Source of the DNA: Nitrospinia bacterium
GTDB lineage: Bacteria; Nitrospinota; Nitrospinia; Nitrospinales; JAJDAT01
Assembly: GCA_029261715.1 (NCBI GenBank)
Contig: JAJDAT010000016.1
Location: 301,885 to 365,884 of the forward strand
Length of the DNA stretch: 64,000 nucleotides
Direction: 5' to 3'
How positions within the stretch are numbered: the stretch's first letter is position 1; each line of letters begins with the position of its first letter. The translations under genes were made by a program, and so were the position numbers. Positions 17,195 to 26,569 of the stretch are shown in pieces. The notes under the pieces are model-generated. The model did not search any database and was not told the origin of the DNA. It saw nothing but the letters and a program-made list of their open reading frames with translations.

Positions 17195-18021
17195 TGAATA
17201 ACCCAAACAATAATCCTTCAGAAAACGAATCACTGATATTAGAATCTAAAAACGTTTCTTTTCACTACACTCACGAAAAAGAAGAAGCCATTACAAACGT
17301 TTCTTTTAAAATCGAGCAGGGCGACTTTTTAGGAATAATAGGCCCAAACGGTTCTGGTAAATCCACTTTATTAAAATTGACCGCTGGAATTCTTGCCCCT
17401 TCTAAAGGAAAAGTATTTTATAAAAATCAACCTATTCCTGATTATAAGAAAAAAGATTTTGCGAAATTAGCAGCGTGGATTCCTCAAGAAGCTGGAATGG
17501 TCTTTCCTTTTAGAACTGAGGAAGTTGTATTAATGGGTAGGTATCCTTACAAATCGGGATTTTCTTTTGAAACGGAAGAAGATTTAAAAATTGCATCTGA
17601 AGTGATGGAACTGACAGGCACAAAGTTCCTCTTTGGTAAAAAGTTTACTGAAATTAGCGGAGGCGAAAAACAAAGGGTTTTGATCGCAAGCGCATTAGCT
17701 CAAAAACCGGAAACTCTAATCTTAGACGAACCGATTTCGTTCCTTGATATCAAGTATCAGATTGAAATTCTTGAAATTCTTCGAAAGCTCAATCAAAAAC
17801 ATTCCGTTACTGTAATCATCGCTCTTCACGATCTCAACTTAGCTTCAAAGTATTGCTCTCGGTTGCTTTTATTAAAAAATGGAAAAATGGTTCGCGAGGG
17901 ATCTCCAAACGCCATTTTAGAACAATCCATTATTGAATCGGTGTACGAAACACAAATTAAAACACTTATAGATGAAGAAGACGGTTCCTCAATAATCCTT
18001 CCTCGAACAAAAAATAATTGA
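17194..18021 (+). CDS. ABC transporter ATP-binding protein (BtuD/FepC type)
   Basis: Walker A GPNGSGKST, signature ISGGEKQR, Walker B LILDEP. Confidence 0.9.
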   Translation: MNNPNNNPSENESLILESKNVSFHYTHEKEEAITNVSFKIEQGDFLGIIGPNGSGKSTLLKLTAGILAPSKGKVFYKNQPIPDYKKKDFAKLAAWIPQEAGMVFPFRTEEVVLMGRYPYKSGFSFETEEDLKIASEVMELTGTKFLFGKKFTEISGGEKQRVLIASALAQKPETLILDEPISFLDIKYQIEILEILRKLNQKHSVTVIIALHDLNLASKYCSRLLLLKNGKMVREGSPNAILEQSIIESVYETQIKTLIDEEDGSSIILPRTKNN

Positions 18022-19028
18022 TGATTCTAGAATCTACAGGGAAGAAAATTTTTATTTCTTTAGGCTTATTTTTTGCGCTTTTTTTATCGACATTAGTCGT
18101 AGCTCCTATGATCGGGCCAGTCGATATTGACTTGAGCAATGCTTTATTTGGAGAAAACGTAGATTCGAGAAACGTAGATGCCGAAATTTTTTTCTTAGCC
18201 CGACTACCCCGTATCCTCCTCGCAGCTATTGCTGGAGCTGGGTTGGCCGTAGCCGGAGCAATTTTCCAGGCATTGCTGAGAAACGATTTAGCCGCTCCTT
18301 TCACCTTAGGAGTTTCGAGCGGCGCCTCCTTGGGAGCAGTTATCGCAATTCGTTTTTTAGGAGTCTCCCCACAAGGGTTCTCCTTAGTTCCTATTGCCGC
18401 ATTTTTGGGAAGTTTACTGGCTATTGGTCTTGTTTTTGGAATCGTACCTAATAGACGTGGCGAGCTTCCGGCCCCTGTTATGATTTTGGCCGGTGTCACC
18501 GTAAACTTTTTCTTCGCCGCTTTGGTTATGTTTATTCATTACATATCGGATATTTCACAATCATTCCAGATTGTTCGATGGTTAATGGGAGGACTAGACG
18601 TAACAGATTATTCAACTTTATTATGTATATCTCCTTTGGTTTTAATTGGAATCGCCTGTTTAATCTTCTTCAGCCGAGATCTAAACCTGCTGAGCGCTGG
18701 AATTGAATCCGCACAAAGTCGAGGAGTCGATATTATTCTTGTTCAAAGAGTCGGCTTTATCTGCGCCTCTTTAATTACCGGAGCTGTTGTCTCTGTTTGT
18801 GGCCCAATTACTTTTCTTGGTTTAATCGTTCCCCATATTGTTCGACTAATCGTTGGCCCAGATAATCGTATATTAATACCCGCTTCTATGTTTTTCGGGG
18901 CAGCATTTTTGATAATGTGCGATACCGTTGCAAGAACGATCATCGCTCCAGCAGAAATTCCTGTTGGTATTATTACCGCTATGTTGGGCGGACCATTTTT
19001 CGTTTGGCTACTTCGGAAAAAACTTTAA
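18021..19028 (+). CDS. FecCD/BtuC-family ABC permease
   Basis: Polytopic protein with RLPRILLAAIAGAGLAVAGAIFQ and GPITFLGLIVPHIVRLIVG motifs. The ATG overlaps the upstream TGA by one nt (TGATG). Confidence 0.9.
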   Translation: MILESTGKKIFISLGLFFALFLSTLVVAPMIGPVDIDLSNALFGENVDSRNVDAEIFFLARLPRILLAAIAGAGLAVAGAIFQALLRNDLAAPFTLGVSSGASLGAVIAIRFLGVSPQGFSLVPIAAFLGSLLAIGLVFGIVPNRRGELPAPVMILAGVTVNFFFAALVMFIHYISDISQSFQIVRWLMGGLDVTDYSTLLCISPLVLIGIACLIFFSRDLNLLSAGIESAQSRGVDIILVQRVGFICASLITGAVVSVCGPITFLGLIVPHIVRLIVGPDNRILIPASMFFGAAFLIMCDTVARTIIAPAEIPVGIITAMLGGPFFVWLLRKKL

Positions 19029-19302
19029 TCAATTCTCTTCTGTATATATAACTATTCTAATTATTAAAGCTAAAATAACGCAATAAATCCAACTATTCAC
19101 CATTGATAAAACTCTTTACTATACTTTCAGTATAGATATTTTGATCGCAAAGTTTCCAACGCTCTATTTTGTTTTTGAAAATATTAATCCAAATCCCTTG
19201 ATAACCAAAAGCTAGTAAGATATAAAAAAGAATCTAAATAATACGATATTGCTAAAAAATATTTAAAAAAGCATTTCTTTAATTCTTATACGAAAATATA
19301 CC

Positions 19303-20673
19303 ATGGATAACCAAAAAAATAACGAAAACATCAAAGTCTTTATAAGTTGTAAGTCTAATCATTATGACATCGCAGAAAAAATAATTAATAAACTTGATGC
19401 TTACGATGCCGCAGATAATTTAAGCTTTTTTCTGGCAAGAAAAATTGAAAAAGGGAAAAAATGGAAAGAGCAAATAGAAAACGAAATACAAAACTCTGAC
19501 TTCCTTCTAATGTTGCTGCTAGACAAAGACAAAGATTTGGATTGGTGTTTAAGGGAAGCTTATATGATGAATATTTTAAAGCGGCCTGTTATTTGTTTAC
19601 AAGCAGAGGACAATGAACAACATACAGAATTACCCGAGGACTTTAAGGAAATTCAAAAACTTAAATTAGAAATTAAAGATTTAACGGCTTTCCTAAAGGA
19701 TTTTTATGGAACCAATAAATACTACCCAGGGAAAAAAGCAATCAATCTGAAGCTTAGTAATAACGAAAATGAAACGGTTGAAATAGCTAACTCGATTTAT
19801 AATTGGTGTGTCATTCGCGAAAAAGAGCATCATAAATTTGGTAGAAATATAACTCTTCGTTTTAAATATAGTAAAAATATGGATACCTCGAAAATCCCCG
19901 ATGACGCCGAGATTATCGAAACGGATAGATTTTCTTTTAGAATATTCGGGGTACGCCCAACTCCCCCAGCAGGGAAAAACCATTGGCTATGGTCTGATTT
20001 ATTAGAAAAAGCTGGTATTTCTCCATATTCCCCTTGGATTTCGCAATTAACAAAATCAATTTTCAAAGCCTGTGAGAAAAAAACACACGATCCAATACAA
20101 GCAACCTTCGTCTCTTTAGATAGTACCGGAAGAACCTATTTACCTGTATTAGAAAGACACCGGAGTATTTCCAACGGAGAAATGGAAATTTCTATAATAT
20201 TCGTCGAACTTTTTCATAGAGAAATCGACAATATTCCTGAGGACCTAAAAAAACTAGGCGAAAGTATGAATATAGCCAAAAAGTTGCGCTGGGAAGTATT
20301 AGTAGATTATTTGGATAAAAGACTCCCCGCGTGGCAAGTTAATATTCCTTCTGAAAACGATTTTAGTGAACTTCAAAATGAATATTTATCTATTGTTGAA
20401 GAAGCAAAGGGTGTTTATTTAGGAGATTCTGAAGCTTTAATACCTATTTTTAAGCCTGGTGAAGAACGCAATCAATTCCTACGAATCTATTCTGAAATGA
20501 AAAATATTCAAGAACCAATTATTAATTCTCTGAAAGATCGACACATCGAAGACATAAGAAAAAACTTAGAAAAATTACGACAAATCAACAACGAATATCT
20601 AATCTTGGCAACAAAAAAAATGCTAGACACTTTTGAAAAAATTTTTAATGAAGAAAAAGAATACTTAGTTTAA
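19303..20673 (+). CDS. TIR-domain (TIR_2-like) protein with an unrecognised ~330-aa C-terminal region
   Basis: The N-terminus KVFISCKSNHYDIAEKIINKL...IEKGKKWKEQIENEIQNSDFLLMLL...DWCLREAYMM follows the bacterial TIR pattern, including the W-C-x-x-E segment that carries the catalytic Glu in TIR NADases. AT-rich spacers of about 250 bp flank it on both sides. Confidence 0.6.
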   Translation: MDNQKNNENIKVFISCKSNHYDIAEKIINKLDAYDAADNLSFFLARKIEKGKKWKEQIENEIQNSDFLLMLLLDKDKDLDWCLREAYMMNILKRPVICLQAEDNEQHTELPEDFKEIQKLKLEIKDLTAFLKDFYGTNKYYPGKKAINLKLSNNENETVEIANSIYNWCVIREKEHHKFGRNITLRFKYSKNMDTSKIPDDAEIIETDRFSFRIFGVRPTPPAGKNHWLWSDLLEKAGISPYSPWISQLTKSIFKACEKKTHDPIQATFVSLDSTGRTYLPVLERHRSISNGEMEISIIFVELFHREIDNIPEDLKKLGESMNIAKKLRWEVLVDYLDKRLPAWQVNIPSENDFSELQNEYLSIVEEAKGVYLGDSEALIPIFKPGEERNQFLRIYSEMKNIQEPIINSLKDRHIEDIRKNLEKLRQINNEYLILATKKMLDTFEKIFNEEKEYLV

Positions 20674-20865
20674 AAATATTTTGAAATTTTAAACTAAGAA
20701 CTCTCGGCAAACGATTTTTTTCTTTCCAATTTAAATTTAAGTAACCCCAAAAAAATCAAAAAATCTCTTTACCTCCTCTCTCTAATCAAATCTTAGCAAA
20801 CATCTTTAGCGACAATACTTAAAAATCAAAAAAATTATTCGTTAAGGATTTCACTACTCTTACAT

Positions 20866-20908
20866 TACAATTAAGATTTTATTTTTAGAAAATTAAACCT
20901 TAATTGTA
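20866..20908. promoter_or_regulatory. 10-bp inverted repeat immediately upstream of cobQ
   Basis: TACAATTAAG (20866-20875) and CTTAATTGTA (20899-20908) are separated by 23 nt. The repeat ends 11 nt before the start codon. Function unknown (operator or 5' hairpin). Confidence 0.3.
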
Positions 20909-20919
20909 TAAAGTAAAAA

Positions 20920-22428
20920 ATGTCCGCTAAAACACTGATGATACAGGGAACCGGTTCTGGCGTTGGAAAGAGCGTACTCGTAGCGGCGCTTTGCAGACGT
21001 TTTTTTAAAGACGGCTTACGAGTAGCTCCATTTAAAGCCCAAAACATGTCTCTAAACTCATTTGTGACTGAGGACGGCGGTGAAATGGGACGCGCCCAAG
21101 TGTTTCAAGCTGAAGCTTGCGGTTTAAAACCTTCCGTCGCTATGAATCCAATTCTGCTAAAACCTTCTTCCGACAATCATTCCCAAATAATCGTAATGGG
21201 CCGCCCTGTGGCTAATGCCGACGCAAAAAATTATTACCGAAATAAAGAAAGCTATTTTAAAGAAGCAATTTCCGCTTTTGAATCGCTGCAACAATCGTTC
21301 GACCTCATAGTGCTTGAAGGGGCTGGCAGTCCAGCGGAAATCAATCTCAAACAACACGATATCGTTAACATGCGTATGGCAAAATTAGCTAAGGCGCCTG
21401 TTCTAATAGTTGGAGACATTGATCGTGGAGGTGTTTTCGCTTGGATGAAAGGGACTTACGACTTATTAGATTCCTCAGAAAAAGATATTGTAAAAGGGTT
21501 CTTAATCAACAAATTTCGCGGAGATTTAGATTTATTAAAACCGGGCTTAATCCAATTCGAAGACTTGGTTCACAAACCTGTTTTAGGGGTAATTCCTTTT
21601 GATAGGGAATTATATGTCGACGAAGAAGATAGCGTTCCCTTGCCAAACATCTCGGGAGAAATAAACGGCATCCAGGACAAACTCAAAATTGACGTGATTC
21701 GACTTCCAAGAATCTCAAACTTTACCGACGTTTCTCCACTAATGTATAACCCAGGAATTCTACTACGCTATGTTTGGCGACCAGACCAAATTCAAAATCC
21801 AGACTTGATACTAATTCCGGGAAGTAAAAACGTTTTGGAAGATATGGAATTTTTAAAAAACCAGGGACTGGATAAAAAAATTCACCTCTGTCATAACAAA
21901 GGAACTTTAATTCTTGGAATCTGCGCAGGATTTCAAATGCTCGGAGACATATTAGAAGACCCTCATGGAATTGAAAGTTCAGCTAATAAAGTAAAAGGTT
22001 TGGGGTTGCTAAAAATGAAAACGGAAATTCAACCCGAAAAAATAACTCGGCAGACAAACCCATCTACCGGTGATAGTCCTGTTTTTAAGAGTGGGTTAAA
22101 CGCTTCTGGTTATGAAATTCATATGGGGACCTCACAAATTCAAGGCGATCATCCAGCTTTATTTGTCGACTCGAAGGGTAAAGGCAACCCGGAGCTTGGA
22201 ATATCTAATTCGGAGGGCACGGTTGTAGGGGCTTATATTCACGGTTTTCTAGATTCCAACTCTATTAGAGAAGCTTTTTTAAATCACATCTGCCAAAAAC
22301 GAAAGCTGCCAAAAAACTGCGCTTCTTTTGATTATAAAAAGTTCCGCGATGCCCAAATGGATCGTTTATGCGACTTGTTTTCTAATAACGTCGATATGGA
22401 AAAGATTTACGAAATCGTTCGATGCTAA
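20920..22428 (+). CDS. cobQ: Cobyric acid synthase
   Basis: LMIQGTGSGVGKS in the N-terminal ATPase domain and a C-terminal glutamine amidotransferase domain (GICAGFQMLG ... YIHG). Confidence 0.9.
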   Translation: MSAKTLMIQGTGSGVGKSVLVAALCRRFFKDGLRVAPFKAQNMSLNSFVTEDGGEMGRAQVFQAEACGLKPSVAMNPILLKPSSDNHSQIIVMGRPVANADAKNYYRNKESYFKEAISAFESLQQSFDLIVLEGAGSPAEINLKQHDIVNMRMAKLAKAPVLIVGDIDRGGVFAWMKGTYDLLDSSEKDIVKGFLINKFRGDLDLLKPGLIQFEDLVHKPVLGVIPFDRELYVDEEDSVPLPNISGEINGIQDKLKIDVIRLPRISNFTDVSPLMYNPGILLRYVWRPDQIQNPDLILIPGSKNVLEDMEFLKNQGLDKKIHLCHNKGTLILGICAGFQMLGDILEDPHGIESSANKVKGLGLLKMKTEIQPEKITRQTNPSTGDSPVFKSGLNASGYEIHMGTSQIQGDHPALFVDSKGKGNPELGISNSEGTVVGAYIHGFLDSNSIREAFLNHICQKRKLPKNCASFDYKKFRDAQMDRLCDLFSNNVDMEKIYEIVRC

Positions 22429-23162
22429 ATTTTTTTTCAGCTCTAGCTTTTTTAACTATTGTTCGAATTCCAAAGCTGGGGAATTGGGAAGACGGCCAAA
22501 AAGTTCTCTATTTTCCACTCGTTGGAATTTTAATTGGCCTTGGGCTGTGGGGTATCGATACTATTGGAAGTTTAGCGTTTAATCCTGAACTACGCTGCGC
22601 CTTTGATCTCATATTTTTAGCTATAATCACGGGAGGAATTCATCTCGATGGGCTGGCAGATTCAGCAGATGGAATCTTCGCGCATCGTGGCGGCGAAAAG
22701 GCTCTGGAAATAATGCGAGATTCGCGTATTGGCGTAATGGGAGCATTGGTTGTTTTCTTTTGCCTTTTAGTTAAGTTTACCGCTCTTCAAGGTCTTCCAG
22801 AAACCACCCGTTGGGTGTGGTTGATAGCGGCTCCAGCTCTGGCAAGAACTAGCCTGACCATAAGCCTAGTTTTTACGAATTACGCACGCAATGAAGGAGG
22901 TCTTGGAACGGTTTTTTTTCAAAAAAACCGATATAGTTTATTAAGTTTATCTCCTTTTGCCTTAGTAATTCCTCTTATGATAAGCCCTGTTTCCGGACTT
23001 ATAGCTTTAACCGGATTCTTTATTACCTTAGCCTTACTTTTTTCATTTTTTAATCGTACAATAGGCGGCATGACTGGAGACACTTTAGGAGCAACCGCTG
23101 AAATAGTAGAAGCGGTTATCATGATTGAAGGGGTAGTTTTAAGCCACTGGATTTCTCTTTAG
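22422..23162 (+). CDS. cobS: Adenosylcobinamide-GDP ribazoletransferase (cobalamin synthase)
   Basis: ALAFLTI...P, ITGGIHLDGLADSADG and GGMTGDTLGA motifs. Overlaps the cobQ stop. Confidence 0.9.
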   Translation: MLNFFSALAFLTIVRIPKLGNWEDGQKVLYFPLVGILIGLGLWGIDTIGSLAFNPELRCAFDLIFLAIITGGIHLDGLADSADGIFAHRGGEKALEIMRDSRIGVMGALVVFFCLLVKFTALQGLPETTRWVWLIAAPALARTSLTISLVFTNYARNEGGLGTVFFQKNRYSLLSLSPFALVIPLMISPVSGLIALTGFFITLALLFSFFNRTIGGMTGDTLGATAEIVEAVIMIEGVVLSHWISL

Positions 23163-23174
23163 AAAGGGCTGTTA

Positions 23175-24425
23175 ATGTCAAAAAGAACTTTTCTCGTTAC
23201 CGGAGGGTGCCGAAGCGGGAAATCCAAACACGCCCTGGCTTTAGGAAACCGGTTTCCGGGTAAAAAAATATATATTGCTACCGCAGAAGCTCTTGATTCT
23301 GAAATGAAAACGCGGATTGCCCTTCATAAAGAAGAACGAGATCCTTCTTGGACGACTATTGAAGAGCCACAAGATCCAGCTTCTGCAATAAAAAGTATCG
23401 ATTCTGACAATTCAATTATTTTACTGGATTGTCTTTCCATTTGGGTCGCTAATCTACTTCTTGCCGACCGAAAACGCGAAGATATTCTAGAACAAACCAA
23501 AATATTAGCTGAAATGTCCTTAAAATCTCAAGCTTCGGTTATTATCGTCACTAACGAAGTTGGGGCGGGAATAGTTCCCGACAATAAATTAGCTCGCGAA
23601 TACCGAGATATAATCGGCGAAGCAAACCAAATAATTGCATCACACTTTGACGAAGTAGCCCATTGTGTCTCAGGAATTCCAGTCACAATAAAATCAAAAG
23701 GCAAAGAAAATTTTCAAGAACAAACAAACGAAGGGTCGACCCACGAGTTTTCACCCGAGAAAAAACAAGGACTTTACGACGCCATCTATAAGAGAAGGGA
23801 CGTCCGGCATTTTAATTCTAAGCCTGTTCCTCCTTCCGTTTTAGGCAAAATACTGAATGCCGCACACCATGCAGGTTCGGTAGGTTTTATGCAGCCTTGG
23901 AATTTCATGATTATTGATGATGTTCAAGTAAAAGCAAAAGTTAAAGAAATTTTTGAAAGATGCAGTGAAATCGCAGCCAAAAAGTTTTCTGAAGACCGCG
24001 AAAAACTATACAGATCGCTTAAATTAGAAGGCATTATGGAGGCCCCTATTAATCTCTGCATTACTTGCAATAGAAATCGATTAGGCTCTAACGTCTTAGG
24101 TCGAGACACTATCCCCGAGATGGATTTAATGAGCGCAGCATGCGCGGTACAAAATCTCTGGTTAGCTGCAAGAGCTGAAGGGGTTGGGGTCGGTTGGGTT
24201 AGCATTCTTTCCCAAGAAGAATTAAAAACCGCTTTAGAAATTCCTGACGACGTTGTTCCCATCGCTTACCTTTGCATCGGATATACGGATAACTTTCTAA
24301 AAAAACCAATGCTACAAACCGTAGGCTGGGAAGACCGCTTATCTATCGAAAATTTGGTGTACTACAATAAATGGGAAGGAAAGCCAGGTGAAAAACCTAT
24401 TGAATTCCCTTCTGGCGATTTTTAA
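23175..24425 (+). CDS. cobU/bluB: Fusion protein: adenosylcobinamide kinase/guanylyltransferase (CobU) plus 5,6-dimethylbenzimidazole synthase (BluB)
   Basis: The N-terminal ~175 aa show FLVTGGCRSGKS and IIVTNEVGAGIVP (CobU/CobP). The C-terminal ~215 aa show YKRRDVRHF and AAHHAGSVGFMQPWNF (nitroreductase-fold BluB signature). Confidence 0.85.
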   Translation: MSKRTFLVTGGCRSGKSKHALALGNRFPGKKIYIATAEALDSEMKTRIALHKEERDPSWTTIEEPQDPASAIKSIDSDNSIILLDCLSIWVANLLLADRKREDILEQTKILAEMSLKSQASVIIVTNEVGAGIVPDNKLAREYRDIIGEANQIIASHFDEVAHCVSGIPVTIKSKGKENFQEQTNEGSTHEFSPEKKQGLYDAIYKRRDVRHFNSKPVPPSVLGKILNAAHHAGSVGFMQPWNFMIIDDVQVKAKVKEIFERCSEIAAKKFSEDREKLYRSLKLEGIMEAPINLCITCNRNRLGSNVLGRDTIPEMDLMSAACAVQNLWLAARAEGVGVGWVSILSQEELKTALEIPDDVVPIAYLCIGYTDNFLKKPMLQTVGWEDRLSIENLVYYNKWEGKPGEKPIEFPSGDF

Positions 24426-25594
24426 TGAACTCTTCAAGAAGATCTTCATCTTTATCCAAAAACCGCACCTCCCATTCGATCCAAACGGAAAAAACAGTTT
24501 ATCCAGATCATGGCGGAGACTGGCATTCTGCTCTTACTCTATCCAAATTACCCGCAGACGAATTGATCGATTTTAGCGTCAGTTTAAATCCACTAGGGCC
24601 GCCAGAAATAACCGCCGACTTAACTAATCAAATCATTAATGGACTAGAACGCTACCCAGAACCAAGGTCCGACAAATTAAAAGAATGTTTCGCTAAATTC
24701 CGCGACATCCCAAAATCTTCTATCTTGGCAGGTAATGGATCAAACGAATTAATACACTTAATTCCGCGCTTTCTCTCCCAAGAAAAAAAGTGTGTCATCG
24801 TCGAGCCAACATTCTCTGAGTACGGCTCTGCGATTCAATCGGCAAAGATTCCGCAAGCTCAATATCTATTAAAACCCGAAAATAATTTCAGAGAAAATAT
24901 TGAAGCGTTTCTTTTTTATCTACAAAGCGTAGAGAATTTGGGTTCGGTCATTTTAGGTCACCCCAACAGTCCAACGGGACATATCTGGGCAATGGAGAGC
25001 TTGTTTTCCCTGAAAAAGTTTTGCGAACGTAAGAACATTTTTCTAATAATTGATGAAGCTTTTATAGATTTTTGTGACAAACCGATTTCATTTATCCAAG
25101 AAGCTCATCAATCTAAAAACTTGATAGTCCTGCAATCTCTTACCAAGCTGTATTGCATTCCTGGAGCCAGGTTGGGTTTTTGCATAATGCATCCAGAAAA
25201 CGCTCGCCACATTGAGAATGCTATTCCTCCGTGGAACGTTAACTCTATTGCTCAAACATTAGGGCCTAAAATTTTAGAAGACACTCAGTATTTAGAGCAA
25301 ACAAGAAGTTTCTTATCTAAAGAAAGAAAAATTATTTTTTCAGCGTTGAACTCAATTAATGCAATAAAAATATTTCCATCCGAAACCAATTTTTTTCTCT
25401 TCAAACTAATCGACGACAATCCTGATTTATCCGATCGCTTTTTTAAGAGCCTACTTACTCAAGGCTTAATTATTAGAAATTGCGGGAATTTTTCGGGATT
25501 GGATAATTCGTTTTTTAGAATCGCCATTCAAACCGAAGAAAAAAACCAAAAGTTAGTTCAGGCTATTGAAAGTTCCTTTCAACACGGCAAATAG
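24425..25594 (+). CDS. cobD: L-threonine-O-3-phosphate decarboxylase (class I/II aminotransferase fold)
   Basis: DHGGD near the N-terminus, GNGSNELI, and the PLP-lysine context LQSLTKLYCIPGARLGF. ATGA overlap with the upstream gene. Salmonella nomenclature is used. Confidence 0.8.
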   Translation: MNSSRRSSSLSKNRTSHSIQTEKTVYPDHGGDWHSALTLSKLPADELIDFSVSLNPLGPPEITADLTNQIINGLERYPEPRSDKLKECFAKFRDIPKSSILAGNGSNELIHLIPRFLSQEKKCVIVEPTFSEYGSAIQSAKIPQAQYLLKPENNFRENIEAFLFYLQSVENLGSVILGHPNSPTGHIWAMESLFSLKKFCERKNIFLIIDEAFIDFCDKPISFIQEAHQSKNLIVLQSLTKLYCIPGARLGFCIMHPENARHIENAIPPWNVNSIAQTLGPKILEDTQYLEQTRSFLSKERKIIFSALNSINAIKIFPSETNFFLFKLIDDNPDLSDRFFKSLLTQGLIIRNCGNFSGLDNSFFRIAIQTEEKNQKLVQAIESSFQHGK

Positions 25595-25596
25595 TC

Positions 25597-26547
25597 ATGG
25601 GGCTCTCCGGGCAAATTTTAACCGCTTTTCTTCTAGACCTTGCTATAGGGGACCCCAAACAATGGCCCCACCCCGTACGTTTAATCGGAGTCGCCGCTAG
25701 CTGGCTTGAAGAGAAAACCCGAAAACATATATCGAATCTAAGTATAGCTGGAGCCATCACCACAGTACTGCTTGTGGGAAGCATATACGAATCGACCTAT
25801 TGGGTTCTTCATTCTATACATACCATTTCTCCTGACCTTTCCGCCTTCGTCTCTATTTTAATCTTATACACCTGTTTGGCCACTCGTTCGCTATTTGATG
25901 AAAGCGTACCGGTTTTACGTCATCTATTAAATAATGACGAAGAATCAGCAAGAAAAAGTCTTTCTATGATTGTAGGCCGAGACACAGATAGGTTAGATCG
26001 AAATGGAATTATAAGAGCAACTGTAGAAACCATTTCAGAGAATATTGTAGACGGTATAATTGCCCCTTTATTCTACGCTTTCCTCGGAGGAGCTCCGCTC
26101 GCCTTAGCCTATAAAACTATTAATACTCTTGACTCGATGTTCGGATACAAAAACGAACGATATATTAATTTTGGCTGGTTTCCGGCAAAACTAGACGATC
26201 TAGCAAACTGGGCTCCAGCGCGCTTATCAAGGTTTATTTTATCCGTTTCTAGCTTTCTTTTAGGATTTAATGGTTGGAAAGCATATAAAATTTCAATGCG
26301 GGATGGTCAAAACCATTCTAGCCCTAACGCGGGGATACCAGAAGCCGCCGTTGCTGGCGCTTTAGGACTTAAGCTGGGAGGACCAAATTATTATGGGGAT
26401 ATATTAGTTAAGAAACCTTATATAGGGGACGATAAAAACCATATACAATCAAGTGATATTTCAAAATGTCATAAAATAATGTTTGGCTCTTCTATTCTCG
26501 CATTGATAGTTTTTATGAGTATAATAGAAGCCTTTAGTTTTATATAA
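25597..26547 (+). CDS. cbiB: Adenosylcobinamide-phosphate synthase
   Basis: LLDLAIGDP..WPHPVRLIG, MIVGRDT and NAGIPEAAVAGALG motifs. Membrane protein. Confidence 0.9.
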   Translation: MGLSGQILTAFLLDLAIGDPKQWPHPVRLIGVAASWLEEKTRKHISNLSIAGAITTVLLVGSIYESTYWVLHSIHTISPDLSAFVSILILYTCLATRSLFDESVPVLRHLLNNDEESARKSLSMIVGRDTDRLDRNGIIRATVETISENIVDGIIAPLFYAFLGGAPLALAYKTINTLDSMFGYKNERYINFGWFPAKLDDLANWAPARLSRFILSVSSFLLGFNGWKAYKISMRDGQNHSSPNAGIPEAAVAGALGLKLGGPNYYGDILVKKPYIGDDKNHIQSSDISKCHKIMFGSSILALIVFMSIIEAFSFI

Positions 26548-26569
26548 TTACAGCTTTTAAATTTGATTT

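Noticed and set aside
17966-18499. 177-aa minus-strand ORF overlapping the ABC ATPase and permease genes
   Set aside because: It lies antisense to a BtuC-type permease with clear family motifs. Its Ala/Pro/Lys-rich composition is typical of antisense frames of hydrophobic genes, and it has no motif of its own.
19119-19135. Short palindrome CTATACT-TTC-AGTATAG upstream of the TIR gene
   Set aside because: A 7-bp stem in a very AT-rich spacer is likely to occur by chance. It has no second copy and no clear relation to a promoter.
22328-22582. 84-aa ORF spanning the cobQ/cobS junction, and similar short overlapping ORFs listed in the track (for example 7759-8079, 21157-21357, 28235-28558, 53991-54305)
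   Set aside because: All lie inside or antisense to longer ORFs that have strong family motifs. None has an independent signal.
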